From NCBI GenBank assembly GCA_964355105.1, contig CAYHCO010000006.1, positions 102,378 to 166,377 on the forward strand: a stretch of 64,000 nt of DNA, in the 5' to 3' direction. The translations under genes and the position numbers were made by a program. Positions 1 to 7,613 of this stretch are shown in pieces. The stretch is from an uncultured Porphyromonadaceae bacterium. GTDB taxonomy: Bacteria; Bacteroidota; Bacteroidia; Bacteroidales; UBA12481. Numbering within the stretch: position 1 is the stretch's first letter; the number at the start of each line of letters is the position of its first letter. The notes under the pieces were generated by a model that saw only the letters and a list, made by a program, of their open reading frames with translations, was not told the origin of the DNA and did no database searches.

Positions 1-2
1 TC

Positions 3-173
3 AAAAAAATCCTTGAGGAATGCGTTGCCAATGAAGACAAACGCCGGCCGGTCACCGATGATAAACTGGCGCTGATTCTCAAACAAAAAGGCTATATGAT
101 TGCCCGCAGAACCGTGGCAAAATACCGCGAACAGCTGAATTTGCCGGTTGCGCGTCTCAGAAAGGAACTTTAG
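3..173 (+). CDS. rpoN: RNA polymerase sigma-54 factor, C-terminal end (5'-partial at window edge)
   Basis: Frame 3 reads KKILEECVANEDKRRPVTDDKLALILKQKGYMIARRTVAKYREQLNLPVARLRKEL*. It contains the RpoN box ARRTVAKYRE after the HTH. TAG stop at 171-173. Confidence 0.85.
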   Translation, partial: KKILEECVANEDKRRPVTDDKLALILKQKGYMIARRTVAKYREQLNLPVARLRKEL

Positions 174-775
174 TGAAGCCATCGTTCATCATCTCCATTA
201 TTTTTCACCCGGTTTTCATGCCACTCGCGGGAGTGTTCATCCTGTTAACATACGGAGGCTGGCTCAACCTGCTCCCCTTGGAAGGGAAAACTTACATCTA
301 CCTGGTGGTTGGGATTACAACGGTTGTGCTTCCGATCATTATGATGCCCATTCTCCGTCATACCAAAATCATCTCCAATTACCTCCTCAAGGAGCAGAAC
401 GAACGTCGTATCCCCTACCTGATAGTGGCCCTGCTCTACCTGGTGGGAGCCTATGTGCTTCAGCGGGTTGATGCCCCGGTGATTATCTCGCTTTTCCTGA
501 ACGGGTCATCCATGGTGGTGCTTTCGGTAGCCATTGTCAACTGGCAATGGAAAGTGAGCGCGCACATGGCCGGCATCGGCGGCCTTACCGGAATGGTGCT
601 GGCTATTTCATTCAGGTGGATGCTCAATGAACAAATGATTGTCGCGCTGTTGTTTCTTGCCGCCGGACTGATTGGATACGCACGGCTGAAAAATGACGAC
701 CACACCCCGGCACAGGTATATGTGGGTTACCTGATGGGGTTCTGTATTAATTTCTTACTGATCAGGATTATCTAG
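173..775 (+). CDS. multi-pass membrane protein, PAP2-like (degenerate phosphatase motifs)
   Basis: 200-aa ORF with 5-6 hydrophobic helices. Motifs KEQNERRIP, SAHMAG and ARLKNDDHTPAQV resemble KX6RP / PSGH / SRX5HX3D of PAP2. GTG start overlaps the rpoN stop (TAGTG). Confidence 0.5.
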   Translation: MKPSFIISIIFHPVFMPLAGVFILLTYGGWLNLLPLEGKTYIYLVVGITTVVLPIIMMPILRHTKIISNYLLKEQNERRIPYLIVALLYLVGAYVLQRVDAPVIISLFLNGSSMVVLSVAIVNWQWKVSAHMAGIGGLTGMVLAISFRWMLNEQMIVALLFLAAGLIGYARLKNDDHTPAQVYVGYLMGFCINFLLIRII

Positions 776-782
776 ATGCAGG

Positions 783-1475
783 TCAGGCGACGAAAGTATA
801 TCCGACCCCTTTCACGGTCCGGATATTGTCGTCCCCGATTTTCTCTCTGACCTTCCGGATATGAACATCGATGGTCCGTTCACCCACAATCACCTCATCG
901 CCCCACACTGCCCGGTAAATATCATCGCGGGTGAAGACTTTTCCCGGGCGGCTTGCGAGCAGAAGCAACAGTTCGAATTCCTTTCGCGGCAGGTGCAGTT
1001 CCACTCCGGCACGCACAACCAGATACTTTTCCTTATCGATGGCCAGATCCCCGACCTGGATCAGATTACCAGCGGTGGTTCCGGTTTCGTTGACCGGTAA
1101 TCTTTTCAAAAGGGCTTTTATGCGGCTTACCAAAACTTTTGGTTTCACCGGTTTGGTAATATAATCATCAGCGCCCGCATCGAACCCGGCGACCTGTGAG
1201 TAATCTTCTCCCCTGGCAGTAAGGAAAGCGATCATTACGTTCTTGAGCTCGGGAAAACTTCTGAGCTTCTCGCAGGTTTCGATACCATCCATTCCCGGCA
1301 TCATCACGTCGAGCAATATCAGTTGCGGCAAAGTGGCACGGGCAATGCGAACTGCCTCGATACCGTTGCTGGCTACTTCCACTGCAAAACCCTCCTGACG
1401 AAGGTTGTAACCGAGGAATTCCAGGATGTCCGGTTCATCATCGACAAGCAGAATGCGGGTTTCCTCTGGATTCAT
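783..1475 (-). CDS. OmpR/PhoB-family DNA-binding response regulator
   Basis: Receiver domain (ILLVDDEPDILEFL, LILLDVMMPGMDG, TARGE, KP) plus winged-helix output (LPRKEFELLLLLASRPGKVFTRDDIYRAVWG, TIDVHIRKVREKI). 230 aa. Confidence 0.9.
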   Translation of the reverse strand: MNPEETRILLVDDEPDILEFLGYNLRQEGFAVEVASNGIEAVRIARATLPQLILLDVMMPGMDGIETCEKLRSFPELKNVMIAFLTARGEDYSQVAGFDAGADDYITKPVKPKVLVSRIKALLKRLPVNETGTTAGNLIQVGDLAIDKEKYLVVRAGVELHLPRKEFELLLLLASRPGKVFTRDDIYRAVWGDEVIVGERTIDVHIRKVREKIGDDNIRTVKGVGYTFVA

Positions 1476-1481
1476 TTTTCG

Positions 1482-2960
1482 CTAATTATTGTCTAAAGTT
1501 ATCTCACTTCCATCGGGAAATGTCATTTCCCACATAAAAAATTCATTAAACTCAGGGTGATCAGATAATTCGACGTATTGAATTTTATGAGACAGCTCGC
1601 GGGTATGGTTGCGAAACTCATCGGAATGGAGCCATAAGCGGGCTCCCAGACCGGAAGTATTTCCCGCCCTGATCTGCCGCTTTTCCAATCCCAGCGGGAT
1701 CAGTCCGATCCGGCCGGCCGACCAGTCGTGCAATGCATATCCAAACCCCCCAGCCATGTAAACCTGACGAATATCCACGGCTCCGATGCCGGCATCATGC
1801 ATCATTACTTTTATTCCGGCAGCAATGGCTCCCTTAGCCAGCTGAACTTCGCGGATATCCTGAGGGGTGAGCGCCAGATTTACCCAAGGAAGCTGCACGT
1901 CAGCCTCCAGATAACCCATCATATCGATTTTCCCTTCATCGAGCAGGAGTGCCACTCCATCCACCAGCCCCGACCCGCAGAGCCCGGCCGGCGGCTTGCC
2001 TCCAATAGTTTCAAAGCTGTCCGGTCCGATGGCGCACACGGCTCCCTCAACACCCGCCATACCGCATGATATCCGGGCTCCCTCAAAGGCGGGCCCGGCG
2101 GCGGTAGCACAGGCAAATATGGTATCACCATTCCACAACACCATTTCCCCATTGGTTCCGATATCCAGAAAGAGGCTCCATCCCTGTGGTGGATTGACCG
2201 CCACTGATGCAAGTCCGGCAACAATATCTGCGCCAACATAAGACGAGATGGAAGGCAGCAGCTCAATCTCCGCCGAGGCCAGTCGGGTAAATCCCGCTTC
2301 GGCACCGGAGAATTTTTGTTCAGCGAGGAAGACCGGGGTAAAAGGATAAACGGCTATACTTTCCGGATTATCACCCTTAAAAAGATGAAGCATGGTTGGG
2401 TTGCCAGTCACAGCCATCCGCCCTATCAAGGAGACTTCGAACCCCTTTTTCTTACAAATGGAGACGGCTGCTTCCTCTATAGATCTGACAATTTCACGAT
2501 TCAGTATTTTCGTTCCATCCGCATCTTCGCGACAGAATTGTATGCGGCTTACCACATCGGCACCGTAAGCATGCTGTGGGTTTGGGAATGAGGTAACTCC
2601 GAGATTCCGGTGATTGCGAAGATCCTCCAGAAATACCACCACGGTAGTTGTGCCCAGGTCGACCGCCAGCCCGAGAAATCTTGAAACATCATCCGGCAAA
2701 ATATCGGGTACCGGCTCCGGGTCAGGCCAGAAACTCTCGGTAAGCACTTGCATGGATGATGGTTGTGCCAGGTTAACCACCACTTCACCATCCGGGTAAT
2801 AATCGCATGACCGAACGACACCAACACCTTCCACTTCAACCTTGCATTTGCCGCAGATCCCCTTTCCGCCGCATGGCGCCTGGATATACTCACCGGCAGC
2901 CCGAATGGCGGAGAGCAGAGAGAGACCATTTTCTACCTTGATTTTTTGCTTTTGGGACAT
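1482..2960 (-). CDS. 2Fe-2S ferredoxin / ASKHA-ATPase fusion protein (DUF4445, RACo-like)
   Basis: N-terminal plant-type ferredoxin motif APCGGKGICGKCKV. ASKHA-like phosphate motifs follow (VDLGTTTVV, LDIGTNGEM, CGSGL). Start placed at ATG 2958-2960 (MSQKQKIKV); the longer ORF to 3041 runs into the divergent comF-like gene. Confidence 0.7.
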   Translation of the reverse strand: MSQKQKIKVENGLSLLSAIRAAGEYIQAPCGGKGICGKCKVEVEGVGVVRSCDYYPDGEVVVNLAQPSSMQVLTESFWPDPEPVPDILPDDVSRFLGLAVDLGTTTVVVFLEDLRNHRNLGVTSFPNPQHAYGADVVSRIQFCREDADGTKILNREIVRSIEEAAVSICKKKGFEVSLIGRMAVTGNPTMLHLFKGDNPESIAVYPFTPVFLAEQKFSGAEAGFTRLASAEIELLPSISSYVGADIVAGLASVAVNPPQGWSLFLDIGTNGEMVLWNGDTIFACATAAGPAFEGARISCGMAGVEGAVCAIGPDSFETIGGKPPAGLCGSGLVDGVALLLDEGKIDMMGYLEADVQLPWVNLALTPQDIREVQLAKGAIAAGIKVMMHDAGIGAVDIRQVYMAGGFGYALHDWSAGRIGLIPLGLEKRQIRAGNTSGLGARLWLHSDEFRNHTRELSHKIQYVELSDHPEFNEFFMWEMTFPDGSEITLDNN

Positions 2961-3055
2961 GAGGTAAATATAGGAATTAAGGAGGTGAAAATAGTTTGGG
3001 ATAAAATTCCATTCTGTTATGCACAATGCATCTATATACAAATAAGAACCTCCGC

Positions 3056-3745
3056 ATGAATCCCTTTTCCGACCTCCTGTCGCTCCTCCTTCCCCGCACC
3101 TGCCCTGCCTGTGGCCGTACTCTCAGGGAATGGGAGAAATGCCTTTGCCTGATATGCCTGGGCAGGCTGCCAGTAACAAATTTTCATCTCGACAGGGACA
3201 ATCAGATGGCTGAGATGTTCTGGGGAAGGGTTAAGCTGGTGCAGGCCATTGCCTGGTTCTATTTTCGCAAGGGATCAGCCTATCAGGATGTTTTGCATAA
3301 ACTGAAATACAATGACCGCCCGGATATTGGATTTTTGCTGGGCAGGCTGTACGGTTATGAACTTGGGGGAAGCGGCAGGTTTATCAGGCCCGACGTACTG
3401 GTACCGGTACCGTTGAACCTGAGGAAGCAGCGGAAGAGGGGATTCAACCAGAGTGAGGCCATAGCCAGAGGGTTGTCAGCCGGGCTAGGTATCACCCTGG
3501 ACTGCAGGGCACTCACGCGGCCGCATGCCACTTCAACACAAACGCGAAAAAGCAGGTACGACAGGTATTTGAATGTATCTGGAAAATTTGAGGTCAGGGA
3601 CCCGGCGATATTTGAAAACCGGCATGTTCTCCTGGTGGATGATGTGATTACCACCGGGGCAACACTGGAAGCTTGTGCGGAAGAGTTGTTGAAAATCCCC
3701 GGTGTACAGGTGAGCACGGCAGCCCTAGCCTGGGCAAGGCTCTAA
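3056..3745 (+). CDS. ComF-family phosphoribosyltransferase-domain protein
   Basis: N-terminal zinc-ribbon cysteines (CPACGRTL, CLICLGRLP) and C-terminal PRTase motif VLLVDDVITTGATLEA. Start at the internal ATG 3056. Confidence 0.8.
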   Translation: MNPFSDLLSLLLPRTCPACGRTLREWEKCLCLICLGRLPVTNFHLDRDNQMAEMFWGRVKLVQAIAWFYFRKGSAYQDVLHKLKYNDRPDIGFLLGRLYGYELGGSGRFIRPDVLVPVPLNLRKQRKRGFNQSEAIARGLSAGLGITLDCRALTRPHATSTQTRKSRYDRYLNVSGKFEVRDPAIFENRHVLLVDDVITTGATLEACAEELLKIPGVQVSTAALAWARL

Positions 3746-3800
3746 TGATCAGGAAACCAAAATGAAATCCAGGATTGCGGGATAAAGTCTATGATGATCC

Positions 3801-4367
3801 TCAGGGCACCATGAAGCCTTTGGAACCGGTTGATATTCCAGCCAGGGTAAGGGCCCTGTCGACCACCTGATTACAGAGATCCTGGATATTGGCCGGATGC
3901 TGGTAAAAGCCGGGTGAAGCGGGACAGATGATGCCACCGGCATCGGTTACGGTGAGCATGTTCTGGATGTGTATGCGGCTGTAGGGAGCCTCACGAACAA
4001 CCAGAACCAGTTTCCGACGTTCCTTAAGGATCACATCGGCAGCCCGCGACATCAGATCCTCAGCCATTCCGGCTGCGATGCGACCCAGTGTCCCCACCGA
4101 GCAGGGTATGATGATCATCGCATCATACCCTGCTGATCCGCTGGCTGGCGGGGCAAAAAAGGTCTTGGGAGAATAACGGGTAAAGGGAGACGTGTCCATG
4201 GGCACATCCGGCAATTCATAAGGCCACACTTTTTCCGCCGTTTCAGAAACAATGACGGCAACCTCCGCCGGCTCAGCGCTCAGTTCCCGCAGCTTGGCCA
4301 ACATGAGTTGAGCGTATATTGAACCGCTCGCCCCCGTTATTCCTATTATTATCTTTTTATTTATCAA
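3801..4367 (-). CDS. ubiX: flavin prenyltransferase UbiX (Pad1 family)
   Basis: 188 aa. Motifs KIIIGITGASGSIYA, IIPCSVGTLGRIAAGMAEDLMSRAADVILKERRKLVLVVREAP and CPASPGFY are typical of UbiX/Pad1 flavoproteins. Confidence 0.85.
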   Translation of the reverse strand: MINKKIIIGITGASGSIYAQLMLAKLRELSAEPAEVAVIVSETAEKVWPYELPDVPMDTSPFTRYSPKTFFAPPASGSAGYDAMIIIPCSVGTLGRIAAGMAEDLMSRAADVILKERRKLVLVVREAPYSRIHIQNMLTVTDAGGIICPASPGFYQHPANIQDLCNQVVDRALTLAGISTGSKGFMVP

Positions 4368-4390
4368 CTTTTTACTTATTCCTGAATTAG

Positions 4391-4430
4391 CAAATTATCG
4401 AATTGTCGAATTATCAAATTATCAAATTGG
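4391..4430. repeat. five tandem copies of an 8-bp unit CRAATTRT
   Basis: caaattat cgaattgt cgaattat caaattat caaattgg, read directly. It lies in the 66-bp gap between the FISUMP-domain gene stop (4434) and the ubiX start (4367). Confidence 0.8.
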
Positions 4431-4433
4431 TTT

Positions 4434-6002
4434 TTAATAATTTTTTAAGCACCGTACCGGTAACCCATTCAATTTCTGTGAGGTATCCTGCTGGAAAGCC
4501 GGCCGTCCGCGGTAAATCGAACGAATCATGGACAGGTGGGTCAAAAGGGGATTCGTGTTGACCGTGGAACTCCAGAAATACCCGGCACTTCCAAGATCAT
4601 AATATTTCCGTTCTGCAAAGATGATATAGCCGGAGAAGAGGGCCTGGAATCCGGAAAGGCCGCCTAATGCAAGCTGTGTTCCAGCCTGTGCTTCACCATC
4701 AACCGGATCGAGGAACAGTACGAGTTCATGCCATTCAGCATCAGTTGGTATGTGCCAGCCTTCCGGGCAAAGGCCTGCACTGCCAGCCGTGGTATCGTAT
4801 CCCATAGCTTCATTCCATTGATAGAGACCCCCGTAAAGCGCGCAATTGGCCGGATCATTCTTGTAGCAGTACTTCTCGGCCTTACCATTATCAACCTGGT
4901 TGCCATCATTCGGCTGTCCGTTGCTTGGATTGATCATGGTACCTATGTTCAGGTTCTGGGCCATCCAAATCTTCTCATTGATCTTGACCGACTTATATAC
5001 CTGCCCGTCACGGGTATCGGTAAATGAGGAAACCGGATATACCGAAGCATTTGTGGTGAAAGACCAGACCGGGCTGGAAACCTCATGGCCGTAAGGATCC
5101 CGCACAACAACTTTCCAATAATAGCGTGTCGAATATTCGAGAGGCAGGCACTCGTACAATGCACCCGACTTGTCAGTGGCAACTTTTGCCGGATTGGCAT
5201 CCAGCCCAAAATAAACGTCATATTTGAGGGAATCCTTATCCGGATCGATGCAGGTCCAGGAGAGTATCCCGAGCGTACTGGCTTTTACCGCAGCATCAGC
5301 CGGCGACGGATTCTTCGGAGCTTCCGGTGCCGTATTCATTGCACCCACATTCAAAACGTAAGTCTCGGTATCGGTGGATCCCTGGCTGTCCTTCACAATG
5401 ACGCCAACCGTATAGGAACCGGCAGCAGAATATTGGTGGGTGGCAGTCTTGACTTTCGAATAGTCGGTATCCCAGGTCCCGTCACCTTCAAAATCGAATC
5501 GCACCTGCAAGTCGGCTTTCTTGTCCTCGGCATCGCTGCATCCGGATGCGTCCATGGTGAAAGTATCCTGCAGGAAACCTGTTTTCGGGGAAACGGTCAA
5601 TGCGGCTTTTGGTGGGCGGTTATTCCACTGCACCTTTACAAAATCAGTATAGCGGGCGGTACTGCCTTTGGTATCCCTGACTTCGACCGTGATATATATC
5701 GTGCCGCCGGCCGTGAATTTATGCTTAACCAGTTTTGTCACGGAAAAATCCGTATCAAAAATTGAATCCGACTCCCAATCCCAGCGCACCTGAAGGTCGG
5801 CGGCAGGATCTTCGAGATCATTTACTCCGGAAGCATCAAAAGTAAAGGTAGTATCGACTGTACCAAACGACGGGGAAATCGTAAACGCAGCTTTAGGGGC
5901 TGTATTAGGTTCAGGCTTACAGGAATTAAGGAGGACAACAGACAGGACGGAAAGGGTAATCAGGCTGATTTTCATAAACTTAAAATCTTTCATGCTTTTC
6001 AT
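4434..6002 (-). CDS. surface lipoprotein with PKD-like repeats, Fn3-like segment and C-terminal FISUMP domain
   Basis: Lipoprotein signal ending LLNSC. Two PKD-like repeats (FTFDASGVNDLEDPAADLQVRWDWESD and FTMDASGCSDAEDKKADLQVRFDFEGDG). C-terminal FISUMP domain: FTDTRDGQVYKSVKI, WMAQNLN, CPEGWHIPTDAEWHEL, GYFWSST, VRCLK. Start among ATGs at 6002/5993/5975. Confidence 0.75.
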   Translation of the reverse strand: MKSMKDFKFMKISLITLSVLSVVLLNSCKPEPNTAPKAAFTISPSFGTVDTTFTFDASGVNDLEDPAADLQVRWDWESDSIFDTDFSVTKLVKHKFTAGGTIYITVEVRDTKGSTARYTDFVKVQWNNRPPKAALTVSPKTGFLQDTFTMDASGCSDAEDKKADLQVRFDFEGDGTWDTDYSKVKTATHQYSAAGSYTVGVIVKDSQGSTDTETYVLNVGAMNTAPEAPKNPSPADAAVKASTLGILSWTCIDPDKDSLKYDVYFGLDANPAKVATDKSGALYECLPLEYSTRYYWKVVVRDPYGHEVSSPVWSFTTNASVYPVSSFTDTRDGQVYKSVKINEKIWMAQNLNIGTMINPSNGQPNDGNQVDNGKAEKYCYKNDPANCALYGGLYQWNEAMGYDTTAGSAGLCPEGWHIPTDAEWHELVLFLDPVDGEAQAGTQLALGGLSGFQALFSGYIIFAERKYYDLGSAGYFWSSTVNTNPLLTHLSMIRSIYRGRPAFQQDTSQKLNGLPVRCLKNY

Positions 6003-6122
6003 GTTTTTCCTGATTAATTTGTTAGACATGCAAAGATAATAAAGAATAGGGTCATCCACCCCCCGCCCCCCGGCGGTTCAGGAATTGTTCACTACCTTTG
6101 CGTAGTTCAAAATTCCATCACC

Positions 6123-6614
6123 TTGAAAAGACAAATTATTATTTCGCTCATTCTGGCCGTAACCCTTGGTTTGGGATCCTGCAGCAAAGACGATGGTTCA
6201 GATTCCAACCTGACAGGCACCTGGGATATTACCACCCTTACCATCAAATCCTATACTGACGGAAATCTGGATATGACAATTTCTGAGGAGAATATTGGAT
6301 CAATGATCTTCAATGCAACCGGCGACGGATCTTTCAATATCAATGTAAATGTTATTGATTCGACACTCGGTATGACCGGTACTTTTGAATGGTATGAAAC
6401 CGGAGACAAGGTTTTCCTGACTATGAAAGATATGCGGGATTCCTTGATCACCAAGAATCTTGCCATAGGGTTCGACGTGGTAACCAATGGCACCGACAAG
6501 CAGGTATGGTCGATCGAGATGAGCTATTATGAGGATGGGATTGATCCTTTAACCGGAAATACAAAAAAACTGCTGAAGCGCCAGTATATGGAGATTGAAC
6601 TCAGGAAGGAGTGA
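6123..6614 (+). CDS. small lipoprotein, unknown function
   Basis: 163-aa ORF with SpII signal MKRQIIISLILAVTLGLGSCSKDD (TTG start). No recognisable catalytic motif. Confidence 0.5.
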   Translation: MKRQIIISLILAVTLGLGSCSKDDGSDSNLTGTWDITTLTIKSYTDGNLDMTISEENIGSMIFNATGDGSFNINVNVIDSTLGMTGTFEWYETGDKVFLTMKDMRDSLITKNLAIGFDVVTNGTDKQVWSIEMSYYEDGIDPLTGNTKKLLKRQYMEIELRKE

Positions 6615-7455
6615 CCTTGGTGAGATCGATGACCGCTGTAATCATGTATTGCGGATTTCCTGCTTTATCTTTTTCAAGATAGGAGGTGAGTTCGACGGTG
6701 ACGATCTTACCGCTTTTGTGAATGAATCTTTTTTCGAATTTAACCTGGGGTACTTTTCCGGACCGCAGCAAATTAATCTGCTCATTAGTTTTCTCAATAT
6801 CTTCAGGGTGAGTAATGGCCATCCAGGTCTTTGCCATAAGTTCCTCTTTGTTATAACCCAGTATTTTACACAAGGCTTTATTGACGTTCATCGATCCCTG
6901 CAGTCCAGTCATGGAAACGCCGATCGGCAGATGCTCGAAAAGGTTGCGGAATTTCGCCTCGCTTTCCCGTAATTCCACCTCCATTAATTTGTGTTCGGTG
7001 ATGTCGACCAGTGCGAGTAAACATTTCTGCTCCACCTCGGAGACAATTCCCTCAACATGAAGGTAAATAGGGTTATTATCCGGATTCCTGACAATCACTT
7101 CGCAGGATTCCTTGGAAGTCTTACGGTATAACCGTTTGAAGAAATTGTTGAATCCGGGTCGGCTTTCCTCGGCAATGAATTGGTTAAAATAACGGTTGAT
7201 CAAACTGGTCCGGTCTTTCGAAAGCATTTTGGCGCCATTGATATTCAACTCGCAGATCTTGCCATCAGGATCGAGACTGAAATACCCGGCTGGAGAGAAA
7301 TTGTAAATCTCAACGTAAAGGTCGGTATAGAGCTTGGCAACATTTTCAGCTTTTTCTCTGGCTTGGCGAAGCTCTTCCTGAAGAATTTCAGGAAGGCCGA
7401 TCTCTGGGCTTATCCCAGAGGCGACATCAGTAGCTTTCTTTATCTTTTTCTTCAT
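6601..7455 (-). CDS. PAS-domain protein (two PAS modules, no output domain)
   Basis: Coiled N-terminus, then PAS-like blocks (NFSPAGYFSLDPDGKICELN; LPIGVSMTGLQGSMNVNKALCKILGYNKEELMAKTWMAITHPEDIE; KRFIHKSGKIVTVELTS). No kinase, GGDEF or HTH region. Confidence 0.7.
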   Translation of the reverse strand: MKKKIKKATDVASGISPEIGLPEILQEELRQAREKAENVAKLYTDLYVEIYNFSPAGYFSLDPDGKICELNINGAKMLSKDRTSLINRYFNQFIAEESRPGFNNFFKRLYRKTSKESCEVIVRNPDNNPIYLHVEGIVSEVEQKCLLALVDITEHKLMEVELRESEAKFRNLFEHLPIGVSMTGLQGSMNVNKALCKILGYNKEELMAKTWMAITHPEDIEKTNEQINLLRSGKVPQVKFEKRFIHKSGKIVTVELTSYLEKDKAGNPQYMITAVIDLTKVTPS

Positions 7456-7522
7456 TGCCTATATTACCTTCCAACTGGGAGGTAATAATAACACTATTAG
7501 ATTAATGCCACAAGAAATATTG

Positions 7523-7540
7523 ATTGCATTGCAATGCAAT
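7523..7540. promoter_or_regulatory. 18-bp perfect palindrome ATTGCATTGCAATGCAAT in a divergent promoter region
   Basis: Read directly in the 158-bp gap between the PAS gene start (7455, minus) and the malQ start (7614, plus). Any binding function is inferred only. Confidence 0.3.
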
Positions 7541-7613
7541 TATCATTGTGATTTTGAATTTCTGATAAGTTAGCCGGGAATTTGGTAATTTCATTCCGTT
7601 AAATTACGGAACC

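Noticed and set aside
1334-1348. Sigma-54-like promoter string TGGCAC-N5-ATGC, noted because rpoN is in the window.
   Set aside because: It lies inside the response-regulator coding sequence, on the strand antisense to both local genes. A single near-match is expected by chance.
4391-4430. Whether the 8-bp tandem units or any other repeats constitute a CRISPR array.
   Set aside because: The units are contiguous with no spacers and far too short. No cas genes or repeat-spacer periodicity appear anywhere in the window.
5085-5765. Long antisense ORFs of 190-248 aa: 5085..5765, 10624..11196, 11898..12644, 17357..18061, 23525..24232, 27525..28229, 39821..40504, 56338..56985.
   Set aside because: Each lies wholly opposite a gene with clear family motifs. 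Their translations are low-complexity (R/G/P/S-rich) with no recognisable domains. Such shadow ORFs are expected at this GC content.
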